Shown here piece after piece: positions 24,585 to 31,818 of a stretch of DNA of 31,873 nt; position 1 is the stretch's first letter; each line of letters opens with the position of its first letter. The notes beneath the pieces were generated by a model that saw only the letters and a program-made list of their open reading frames with translations, was not told the origin of the DNA and made no database searches. Made by a program: the position numbers and the translations under genes. The stretch is from a virus, in IMG/VR virus record IMGVR_UViG_3300045988_079015, positions 1 to 31,873 of that record; one strand, written 5' to 3'.

Positions 24585-25148
24585 TTATTCGTTCCCAACT
24601 TCATTGCCCCAGCAATCAAAGCCATCACGTTCAGTTCTTGCGTATAGTTCTATTTTCTTTAAATTAGGATATAACCTGTTTATTATTTCAAAAGAGATTT
24701 CGGGTTTTTGACTATGTCTTTTTACTTTTTCAATAAATACTGTATGTATTTTTCCGCGTTCTTCTTTTGCGATTTTTACTAATTTGCCTTTATAACAATA
24801 AAGCAAATATTCATGTCCATATCTAACTGTAAATGCTGAAGGTATACCTGTAACCTTATTCCATATCATTCGTGCGTGTACTTTATAGCCTAGTTCTTTT
24901 GCAATTTCTTCAGCTTCAAAAAGGTATTTGTCTATCGTCCATAAAAACATAACTGAATTGTCGTTTGTATTTTCTGAGGCTGCTTTTAAGTGTTCTTTGA
25001 TTTCATCTATGCTACATGTTGGATATTCTAGCGGTTTTCCGCTTGAGTTTACTCTAACTACTTTTTTTCCACCACGCGATTGTTTCCACGGCGGATCTGC
25101 AAGTATAAGATCATACTTTTTATTCGTGTTAAATATATCTACATACAT
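24585..25148 (-). CDS. MT-A70-family N6-adenine DNA methyltransferase
   Basis: 187 aa. The DPPW catalytic motif (ILADPPWKQ) is present, along with family-typical FLWT and HSQKPE segments. Confidence 0.8.
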   Translation of the reverse strand: MYVDIFNTNKKYDLILADPPWKQSRGGKKVVRVNSSGKPLEYPTCSIDEIKEHLKAASENTNDNSVMFLWTIDKYLFEAEEIAKELGYKVHARMIWNKVTGIPSAFTVRYGHEYLLYCYKGKLVKIAKEERGKIHTVFIEKVKRHSQKPEISFEIINRLYPNLKKIELYARTERDGFDCWGNEVGNE

Positions 25149-25150
25149 TG

Positions 25151-25528
25151 TTAGTATTCCATCCTCTCTGCTATATCCTGTATTACTGTGACTGTAACCC
25201 CGTTTCCGGCTTGCTTATATAGTTGACTATTTGAGTTAAATTGTTCTGCACGTTCAAAGTATTCATCTTGCCACCCTTGAAGCCTAAAGCATTCGCGCGG
25301 GGTAAGTTTTCTAATGGCCAGGTAACAATTATATTTTTCACTCCATATTGCCCATGCTTTACAATCTTCTGCTATTTCCACAACGGCAGCTTGATTGCAG
25401 TTTGTATCTAGTGTTTGGGCAACTTGCTTGCCTACTCTCCCTCTTCTTAATTTGCTATTTGGGAAGGCAAAATTGATGCTATCTCCCTTTGTCGCTTCTG
25501 TGTACCCTTTCTTTACAGCTTCTTTCAC
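25151..25528 (-). CDS. C5-cytosine methyltransferase C-terminal part (second TRD-like segment plus motifs IX-X)
   Basis: A GTG start overlaps the upstream stop (GTGA). It contains SKLRRGRVG...AQTLDT, RKLTPRECFRLQGW (motif IX) and AGNGVTV (motif X). Confidence 0.7.
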   Translation of the reverse strand: MKEAVKKGYTEATKGDSINFAFPNSKLRRGRVGKQVAQTLDTNCNQAAVVEIAEDCKAWAIWSEKYNCYLAIRKLTPRECFRLQGWQDEYFERAEQFNSNSQLYKQAGNGVTVTVIQDIAERMEY

Positions 25529-26574
25529 TTTGATTTCACCCCCCCACTTGTGGTTGAAGTGTCAACGGATATTGCTACCCCGTGCCTATCCTGTGCCGTT
25601 AATGTGAATGCGGGTTCTCCATTTTCTTTGAACCTTCTTCCATTCTGTCTTTTGATTGTCCTGTCGGGTGTTAATACCGGAAGTGCAACGGCCGTTCCCG
25701 TTGCCTTATTGCTAGATACTCCTCTGTCCTCTTTAGCTGTTAAGCAGTTTGCAGTGTCTATTTTACGTGGGCTATTGCAAGATTTATCAATGCCAAAAGG
25801 TTGTATTACATGTGGGCTATTTTCCCCCCCACTATGAGTTGTTAGGCATGGGCTTATTCCATCGCCGCTATACACTCTATATGGTGAGGGGTTGCCCCTG
25901 TCGCTATTCTGTGTATATTGTCCTATTTGTTTAATACTATTTTTTGTGCCTGTTCCCGCGATAGGAAATATACGGGTTCTACTTCTGTTTCCAAAATGTC
26001 CGATAATGAATATTCGCTCGCGGTTTTGCGGTACTCCGTGATGTTTAGAATTGAGAATTTGCCATTCTGCATCATACCCGCACTCGGCCAACTCAACGAG
26101 AAGTCGGGCAAAATCATATCCTCGATTAATTGAAATAAGATTGCGTACATTTTCAATGAATAAATAGTTGGGTCTATCTTCTTCTTTGAGTTGCTTAAGA
26201 AGGTTTGTAACTCTAAAAAACAAGCTTGAGCGGTTGCCTTTAAACCCTCGCTGCTTTCCGGCAATGCTGATGTCTTGACATGGGAATCCAAAACACCAAC
26301 ACTCTGCTTTTGGCATGTCGGTTGCAACAATTCTGCAAACATCATCTGCGTACCATTCCCCATTGAGGTATTCATATTTCAATATCTCCTTTTGCCTTTG
26401 TTTTAGTGGTAGAGTTAATAAGTATTTTCTTTGCTCTTCTGTGATTGTGTGCATTGAGCGATAGCTTGCTTCTGCGTACTTGTCTACTTCGCAATGTCCT
26501 ACGCATTCATGCCCCGCAAGTTCCATTCCGCGGGTAAAGCCACCTACTCCGCTAAAAAAATCAATAAACTTCAT
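25525..26574 (-). CDS. C5-cytosine methyltransferase N-terminal part (motifs I-VIII plus one TRD-like segment)
   Basis: It contains FSGVGG (I), FPCQDIS (IV), ENVRNL (VI), QNRERIFI (VIII) and the TRD-like segment KRQNGRRFKENGEPAFTLTAQDRHGV. It ends 12 nt after a G7 tract (25539..25545). Confidence 0.8.
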   Translation of the reverse strand: MKFIDFFSGVGGFTRGMELAGHECVGHCEVDKYAEASYRSMHTITEEQRKYLLTLPLKQRQKEILKYEYLNGEWYADDVCRIVATDMPKAECWCFGFPCQDISIAGKQRGFKGNRSSLFFRVTNLLKQLKEEDRPNYLFIENVRNLISINRGYDFARLLVELAECGYDAEWQILNSKHHGVPQNRERIFIIGHFGNRSRTRIFPIAGTGTKNSIKQIGQYTQNSDRGNPSPYRVYSGDGISPCLTTHSGGENSPHVIQPFGIDKSCNSPRKIDTANCLTAKEDRGVSSNKATGTAVALPVLTPDRTIKRQNGRRFKENGEPAFTLTAQDRHGVAISVDTSTTSGGVKSK

Positions 26575-26584
26575 ATAATAACCT

Positions 26585-27070
26585 TTACTTTGTCTTTTCT
26601 ATTTCTGCATATAAGCTGCCCCACAATTCCGTGCGATGTTCTTTCATGAATTTTAAAGCTTTTCTTTTGCCATATGATAGCCCCTTCAGTTCATCCGGTG
26701 CGTTCGCAATTTCTTTATCTATATTTGTATTTCCGCTTGTGTTCGCTAGTTCCTTTAGTCTTTTATTTTCTTTACATCTGCGATCACTTTCGCGCCCCGC
26801 TTCACGGCTACATTCTTTTGAGCAGTTGCGTTGTTGCTTGTATTGTGTGTAAAAGATTTTATGGCATACCCTACATTCTTTTTTAAAAACACTCGGCATC
26901 AATTCGATTATTTCGTTGATTGTTTCCTCGCTAAAAATTCTTATCATCGCATCTGTGTTGCCTTTACTTATAAAGACTAAATCGCCTTTGCATTTATCTC
27001 TTATTGTTAGCCCCTTTTGCGATTGCATATATTCTATATTTGGGTTTAGTTTGCTTTCTGCTACCTTCAT
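26585..27070 (-). CDS. Hypothetical protein with a Cys-rich zinc-ribbon-like segment (161 aa)
   Basis: AGGGGAAG RBS. The segment CRVCHK...CSKEC is present. I recognise no family. Confidence 0.5.
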   Translation of the reverse strand: MKVAESKLNPNIEYMQSQKGLTIRDKCKGDLVFISKGNTDAMIRIFSEETINEIIELMPSVFKKECRVCHKIFYTQYKQQRNCSKECSREAGRESDRRCKENKRLKELANTSGNTNIDKEIANAPDELKGLSYGKRKALKFMKEHRTELWGSLYAEIEKTK

Positions 27071-27079
27071 GACTTCCCC

Positions 27080-27490
27080 TTAAAATGGTATATCCTCGTC
27101 AATTTGCTTGAAGCTGTCGGGTAGTTCTTCATCGTTAAAGTTTCTTTGATTATCCGGTGCCGCTTCCTTCTGTGATTTCCACTGCAAAAATTCTATCCTG
27201 TCGGCTATAACATCCATCGTATATACTGTATCTCCGGACTTATTTTTATAGCTTCCTGTTTGTAGTCTGCCTTGCACGGCAGCAAGCAAGCCTTTTGCTA
27301 AAAACTTCTCGCAGTTTTCTGCTTGCTTCCCAAAAACTGTAATGCGTGGGAAGTCTGTGCCTTTGCTTTCGCCTTTATTGTCGCGTCCACGATCTATTGC
27401 AAGCGAGAATGTAGCCACCGCCAACTGCTGCGGTGTATATCTTAGTTCCGGTTCCCTTGTTAATCTTCCTATTAATGTAACGTTATTCAT
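27080..27490 (-). CDS. ssb: Single-stranded DNA-binding protein
   Basis: 136 aa. The OB-fold N-terminus MNNVTLIGRLTREPELRYT and the acidic C-terminal tip DEDIPF are present. Confidence 0.9.
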   Translation of the reverse strand: MNNVTLIGRLTREPELRYTPQQLAVATFSLAIDRGRDNKGESKGTDFPRITVFGKQAENCEKFLAKGLLAAVQGRLQTGSYKNKSGDTVYTMDVIADRIEFLQWKSQKEAAPDNQRNFNDEELPDSFKQIDEDIPF

Positions 27491-27710
27491 CTTTTAAATT
27501 CCTTATGATTCTTTGTGCTATTGCATGCGTATTGTTCGCATTTTCTTTTATAAAACTTTCCATGTCTGTGCGATACATACAGCGGTGAATTTCTTTATTA
27601 TAGTTTTCGCATTTTCTACAACATCTTGTGCATACTATTTCGCTTTCGCGCGGGCATTGTCGCCATTCTTTCTGCTTATCTGTTCCAATTCCGCATAGTG
27701 GGCAAATCAT
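27483..27710 (-). CDS. Small Cys-rich (zinc-finger-like) protein (75 aa)
   Basis: It contains CPLCG...CPRESEIVCTRCCRKC and is translationally coupled on both sides. Confidence 0.5.
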   Translation of the reverse strand: MICPLCGIGTDKQKEWRQCPRESEIVCTRCCRKCENYNKEIHRCMYRTDMESFIKENANNTHAIAQRIIRNLKDE

Positions 27711-28084
27711 GGGTTAATCTCCTCGCAGTAGTTTTTACCTATAATCTCCATCCATGCTTGTACTGCTTCTTCCTGTGTGCATCCGTCTTGCATTAAATCT
27801 GCAATATATTTGCGTTCAGTTTCTGCTCTTAATCTGTCGCGTTCTTCTACCCACTGTGGCTCTGCCCCGTGTAGTTTCCTGTGATGTTCCGGGCATACGT
27901 CAATTTGAAAACCAAAATCAATACTTGTTTGTCTTAACGGGCCATAAAATAGTTCATGGCGCTCTGCGTAAGGTCTGCCACAATATTTGCATATTCTTTC
28001 TGCCTTATCTTTATAGCCGTTTGTTTTCTTCTTTTTCTTTGTGCGCTTTGGCTTTGGGAATAGCGCTCCTTTATAATCGCTCAT
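27707..28084 (-). CDS. NinG/HNH-like zinc-binding protein
   Basis: 125 aa with a basic N-terminus (PKPKRTKKKKK). It contains CKYCG...ERHELFYG...VCPEHHRKLH, reminiscent of NinG-type proteins as I remember them. Confidence 0.45.
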   Translation of the reverse strand: MSDYKGALFPKPKRTKKKKKTNGYKDKAERICKYCGRPYAERHELFYGPLRQTSIDFGFQIDVCPEHHRKLHGAEPQWVEERDRLRAETERKYIADLMQDGCTQEEAVQAWMEIIGKNYCEEINP

Positions 28085-28244
28085 TGTCCTGTATCTCCTT
28101 TTCTATTCTGATTGCTGATACTTCTGCTATATCTTCATCATGCAAAACAAATTCTTTGTTGTTAAACATTTCGACTATTTCCGCGGGGCTTTCCGCTATA
28201 TCGTCCGGTAGTTCGATTTCGTGCGTTACCTTTAATTTGTACAT
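28071..28244 (-). CDS. Small acidic hypothetical protein (57 aa, below the ORF-track cutoff)
   Basis: Hand translation gives MYKLKVTHEIELPDDIAESPAEIVEMFNNKEFVLHDEDIAEVSAIRIEKEIQDNERL. An AAGGAGA RBS is present, and the ORF overlaps the next gene start by 14 nt. Confidence 0.6.
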   Translation of the reverse strand: MYKLKVTHEIELPDDIAESPAEIVEMFNNKEFVLHDEDIAEVSAIRIEKEIQDNERL

Positions 28245-28265
28245 GCTTGTTGTTCTCCTTATATG

Positions 28266-28333
28266 TCAAATACCTTGTAGCGATTTTATATATAAACCCC
28301 TTTAAATATCTTTATGTGCTACAAGGTATTTGA
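28266..28333. repeat. Perfect 16-bp inverted repeat with a 36-nt spacer
   Basis: tcaaataccttgtagc (28266-28281) pairs with gctacaaggtatttga (28318-28333). It lies between the SLT gene stop and the next RBS. Confidence 0.6.
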
Positions 28334-28336
28334 TAA

Positions 28337-28813
28337 CTACTTGTTAGCCTCAGCCATTACCTTATCTGCATATTCTTGCCCCCTGTATGGGCTTCCTGTA
28401 TTGTATGCAGCTAGTGCCATGTGATAATTTCCGTATGTGTCTAGTAGTTCTGCAAGTATGTCGCAGCCTACTGTTAGATTTTGTTTTGGGTCTTTTAAAT
28501 CTGTGATGCCTAATCTGTCTATCCTTGCTTTATGCCATTTGTGTTGAATCTGCATAAGCCCGATTGATTGCCCATTGTCGCCAACGGCTTGCGGATTGCC
28601 ATTTGATTCGATTTTTATAATCGCTTTTACAATATCCGGATCTAGCCCGTATTGCTCTGCAATCTGCGTTGGCAAGTCCTTTTCTGCTGCAAAACTTACT
28701 TCTTTATATTCGGGCTTCGGCTTGCATGCTTCCGGGTTATCTATGGCCGTTGCTATGCCATTTAATACAAGTACAAGTGCTATTATTCCTATCGCGCTTA
28801 AAAGCCTTTTCAT
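28337..28813 (-). CDS. Secreted or membrane-anchored lytic transglycosylase (SLT domain)
   Basis: I placed the start at ATG 28813 (MKRLLSAIGIIALVLVL), which has an AAGGAGGTG RBS. SLT signatures are present: IESNGNP, GLMQI, AYNTG. Confidence 0.75.
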   Translation of the reverse strand: MKRLLSAIGIIALVLVLNGIATAIDNPEACKPKPEYKEVSFAAEKDLPTQIAEQYGLDPDIVKAIIKIESNGNPQAVGDNGQSIGLMQIQHKWHKARIDRLGITDLKDPKQNLTVGCDILAELLDTYGNYHMALAAYNTGSPYRGQEYADKVMAEANK

Positions 28814-28814
28814 T

Positions 28815-29024
28815 TTATAAACACCTCCTTGCCGCAAGCTTCTTTGATACATCCTCAATGTAGTATTTCTTTTGCTTTCCTCGCTTGTCATAATGGCAGC
28901 CAATACATACTTTTATTGCTTCCGCTTTGCGCATATCCATGACTTTTGCGAGTTTCTCAGTGCTGATTACAATTGCACCTTCTGTTGCTTCCTTTAGATT
29001 TCGTTCAATTTCGGTTTTTGTCAT
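28815..29024 (-). CDS. Small putative DNA-binding protein (Xis-like position)
   Basis: I placed the start at ATG 29024 (MTKTEIERN), which has a GGAAGGAAG RBS. It is the second gene of the early operon. The function is inferred from position only. Confidence 0.35.
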   Translation of the reverse strand: MTKTEIERNLKEATEGAIVISTEKLAKVMDMRKAEAIKVCIGCHYDKRGKQKKYYIEDVSKKLAARRCL

Positions 29025-29062
29025 TTGCAATCTTCCTTCCTATAAGTCTCTTCAATTTATTC

Positions 29063-29076
29063 TTGCGTTTACGCAA
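29063..29076. promoter_or_regulatory. Operator-like palindrome TTGCGT-tt-ACGCAA at the end of cro
   Basis: It is perfectly symmetric. The same TTGCGTTT half-site recurs three times in the cI-cro intergenic region. Confidence 0.45.
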
Positions 29077-29278
29077 GTTCTTTGGCAAAAAAAATTTCTT
29101 CCGGTCTTTCTATTTCAAGATAAATAATAAGAGTATTTATCTCCGCTCTTGTAAAATCTCCATCCCTTTTTAACTTTCTATATAGCGTTGATTCCTTGAT
29201 TTCTAGTGCTTCGGCTATATCTTTTAGTCGCTTGCCTTTTAAGGCTATTTGGGCTTTGAATCTTCTTTCGTCAAACAT
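29069..29278 (-). CDS. Cro-like HTH regulator
   Basis: 69 aa, divergent from the CI-like gene. The HTH is LKDIAEALEIKESTLYRKLK, and an AAGGGGG RBS is present. Confidence 0.7.
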   Translation of the reverse strand: MFDERRFKAQIALKGKRLKDIAEALEIKESTLYRKLKRDGDFTRAEINTLIIYLEIERPEEIFFAKELA

Positions 29279-29295
29279 GCTCTCGCCCCCTTTCT

Positions 29296-29343
29296 TGCGT
29301 TTCCGTAAGTCTATAATATATCTTCATTTTGCGTTTGTCAATG
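29296..29343 (-). promoter_or_regulatory. Early (cro) promoter with two operator-like sites
   Basis: On the minus strand, TTGACA (29342-29337) is followed by a 17-nt spacer and TATTAT (29319-29314). Operator-like 14-mers ttgcgtttccgtaa (29296-29309) and ttgcgtttgtcaat (29330-29343) overlap the start region and the -35 element. Confidence 0.6.
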
Positions 29344-29382
29344 CTATTTTAATATTTTTGTTGATTTTATGTTGTTATATAT

Positions 29383-29411
29383 TGCAAAAACGCAATGTGT
29401 AATATATAATG
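29383..29411 (+). promoter_or_regulatory. Repressor (cI) promoter with an overlapping operator-like site
   Basis: TTGCAA (29383-29388) is followed by a 17-nt spacer and TATAAT (29406-29411). The 14-mer 29383-29396 is the reverse complement of ttgcgtttttgcaa. Confidence 0.6.
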
Positions 29412-29433
29412 TGTTTATTGTAGGAGGTTCGCA

Positions 29434-29895
29434 ATGAACGAAATAAAAGATATATTAAAAAATAAACGTCGCGAGCTTGGTTATACTATGAAATATGTGG
29501 CAGATAAAGTGGGAGTAAGTGAGGCAACGATTTCCCGTTGGGAGTCCGGAGAGATTCAAAACATGAGACGAAATAATATTGTGGCATTATCAAAGTTGTT
29601 GGAATTGTCCCCGAGTACAATCATGGGGTGGGAAGTTACAGTAAATCAAGATAATAATAACGGCTTTATATCGAACAACATTGCAAGTGATGATAACTCA
29701 GCTTATAGCAATTCGACAACAAATAATTATTACAGCAATGATTGTGGGCATTGTGCAGAGCCTTCAAGTAGTTATTCTGCATCTTCTCAAAATAAAGATT
29801 GTTTCTTTGCAATCTTGGATAATGTCCGTAAAATGTCAGATGAACAATTACAAGACGTATTGAGATATACTGAATTTATTTTGAGTAGAAAATAA
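29434..29895 (+). CDS. CI-like repressor (XRE HTH, no S24 peptidase domain)
   Basis: 153 aa with an AGGAGG RBS. The HTH is MKYVADKVGVSEATISRWESGE, followed by a low-complexity Asn/Ser-rich linker. Confidence 0.8.
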   Translation: MNEIKDILKNKRRELGYTMKYVADKVGVSEATISRWESGEIQNMRRNNIVALSKLLELSPSTIMGWEVTVNQDNNNGFISNNIASDDNSAYSNSTTNNYYSNDCGHCAEPSSSYSASSQNKDCFFAILDNVRKMSDEQLQDVLRYTEFILSRK

Positions 29896-29909
29896 AAAAG
29901 GGCTTTGTT

Positions 29910-30710
29910 ATGATTCCATTTATTGTAGGTTTTTTAATTTCATTATATGCACTTAAGATTTTTTTAAAGCAAAGAAATATTGTTCAACAAGAAAAAATTA
30001 ACGAGGAGAATAGAAAACGGGCTGAAGCTTCTGCAGTTGCTCAAAAGAAATATATTGAATCAAAAAAAGAATCTTTTAATAGTATTATTGATTCTTTGGT
30101 TAAACATGATGTTGTGCTTGATGATTCAACTGTCTTGTATCGCCAACAATTACGCGATATGCATGAATTAAAATTTAAAAACATTACACGTTCTTTTAAT
30201 CCGGATACGTTGCCCGCTTTTATTGTTCTTGATGTTGAAACGACCGGCTTAAGTGCTACACGCGATAGAATCATTGAAGTTTCAGCGATTTTGTTTGAAG
30301 ATTTTACCCCGGTTTCTTATTTTTCAACATTGGTTAACCCAAAACGAACAATTCCGGGTGAAGCTTCAATAATAAATAATATCTATGATTCTGATGTTGA
30401 ATTTGCTCCATCTTTAGAACAAATATCTAATTCACTTTTGGGGTTTATTGGCAATTGTCCTGTTGTTGGTTTTAACCTTGCTTTTGATTTAAAATTTTTA
30501 TATTGTGCCGGGATTGATCTATTCTCCAAACGCAAATGTTATGATGCTTGTTTAATTGCAAAAAAAGCTTATGCAAATTATCTTTGTTCATTTTCGCTTG
30601 TTGATGTTGCTGCCTATAATGATATATATTTTGATGCTCATAATTCTTTAAATGATTGTCTTGCAACAGGCTTTGTTTTTGAAAAAGCTATAAATGAGAT
30701 AATATCTTGA
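29910..30710 (+). CDS. Membrane-anchored DEDDh (DnaQ-like) 3'-5' exonuclease
   Basis: 266 aa. The N-terminal hydrophobic helix is IPFIVGFLISLYALKIF. All three exonuclease motifs are intact: Exo I LDVETTGL, Exo II GFNLAFDLKFL, Exo III HNSLNDC. Confidence 0.7.
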   Translation: MIPFIVGFLISLYALKIFLKQRNIVQQEKINEENRKRAEASAVAQKKYIESKKESFNSIIDSLVKHDVVLDDSTVLYRQQLRDMHELKFKNITRSFNPDTLPAFIVLDVETTGLSATRDRIIEVSAILFEDFTPVSYFSTLVNPKRTIPGEASIINNIYDSDVEFAPSLEQISNSLLGFIGNCPVVGFNLAFDLKFLYCAGIDLFSKRKCYDACLIAKKAYANYLCSFSLVDVAAYNDIYFDAHNSLNDCLATGFVFEKAINEIIS

Positions 30711-30734
30711 TTCCCCCATTGAAAGGAGCGTTTT

Positions 30735-31778
30735 ATGCCAAAAAAATATAAATATAAAACGTCTTTTACTTTTGAAGGCAAGCGCTATCAAATATACGCA
30801 GATACGCAAAAGGAATTATACAAGAAGGAAGAACGCAAGCGCCTTGCCCTTGAAAATGGAAGAATATTAGTAAGTAGCAATATGCTTTTAAAAGACTGGT
30901 ATGTGATGTATGTTGATTCTTACAAATCTAATGTTAAGGAAATTACTTTGAGGAATTGGAAATGTAAGATGGAAAAACAGCTTGTTGCAGAATTGGGGGC
31001 AATGCCACTTAGTGCAATTAAACCTCTTCACTTGCAGAGGATTGCGCAGAATTTGAACGGATATTCTGCTGATTATATAAAGAAGGTTAAGCAAGGAATA
31101 TACTCAATCTTTGATAAGGCTGTGGAAAATAAGCTAATCAATGATAACCCCGCAAAGAATATTGTTGCTCCGGAGGGTGGTAAAACAACTAGAAGATCGA
31201 TCACTGATGAGGAACGCAAATTGATTCTTGCCACAATTCCGGATGATAGAAGATTCCAATTTTACGCAGTGATGTTATATGCGGGGTTGCGCCCTTCCGA
31301 GGTTGCAGAATTAAAAGGCATGGATATTAAAGACGGCATGATATTTGTACGTGGTACAAAAACAAAGAATGCTACGCGTAAAGTTCCTTTAGCTGAGCCA
31401 CTTAGAAATATGCTTGTATATAAGCATGGTGCAAATGATTATATTTTTAAAAATACTGTTGGCAAGAAGCTTGACGAGAGCGGGCGGCAGCATTTGTGGA
31501 ATGCATTTAAAAGGCATCTGAATTTAAAAGCCGGGAATCAATTATATCGCAACAAGCTTGTATACCCTAGCCATGTTGCAGAGGATCTTGTGCCTTATTG
31601 CCTTCGCCATACCTTCTGCACTGATTTATGTTTGGCGGGGGTAGATGTCCGCGTGGCGCAACGATTAATGGGGCATGCTTCCATTACAACTACTTCAAAT
31701 ATATACACGCATGTAAATACTGATAAGCTTCTTGATGCGGCAGATAAGCTTAATAATCTGTACCGCGTTACCCTATGA
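30735..31778 (+). CDS. int: Tyrosine recombinase / phage integrase
   Basis: 347 aa with an AAAGGAG RBS. Catalytic-region signatures are present: GLRPSEV, CLRHTF, MGHASITTTSNIYTHV. Confidence 0.9.
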   Translation: MPKKYKYKTSFTFEGKRYQIYADTQKELYKKEERKRLALENGRILVSSNMLLKDWYVMYVDSYKSNVKEITLRNWKCKMEKQLVAELGAMPLSAIKPLHLQRIAQNLNGYSADYIKKVKQGIYSIFDKAVENKLINDNPAKNIVAPEGGKTTRRSITDEERKLILATIPDDRRFQFYAVMLYAGLRPSEVAELKGMDIKDGMIFVRGTKTKNATRKVPLAEPLRNMLVYKHGANDYIFKNTVGKKLDESGRQHLWNAFKRHLNLKAGNQLYRNKLVYPSHVAEDLVPYCLRHTFCTDLCLAGVDVRVAQRLMGHASITTTSNIYTHVNTDKLLDAADKLNNLYRVTL

Positions 31779-31810
31779 GTTATTATTCGCGGTAACGTTC
31801 AAATTTGAAC
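31765..31810. promoter_or_regulatory. attR-proximal arm: CGTTACC motifs in both orientations plus a 14-bp palindrome
   Basis: gcgttaccctatg lies at 31765-31777 and shares an 11-mer with 172-182. cgcggtaacg lies at 31788-31797 as an inverted CGTTACC. The perfect palindrome gttcaaatttgaac lies at 31797-31810, 8 bp from the core. Confidence 0.4.
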
Positions 31811-31818
31811 ATTCTTTT

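Noticed and set aside
25923-26375. 150-aa minus-strand ORF overlapping the C5 methylase in another frame
   Set aside because: It is wholly contained in the methylase gene, whose frame carries all the conserved motifs. The alternative frame has no recognisable features or RBS.
30041-31094. Minus-strand ORFs (30041..30274, 30472..30666, 30888..31094) opposite the exonuclease and integrase genes
   Set aside because: These are antisense shadows in AT-rich coding DNA, with no RBS or family resemblance.
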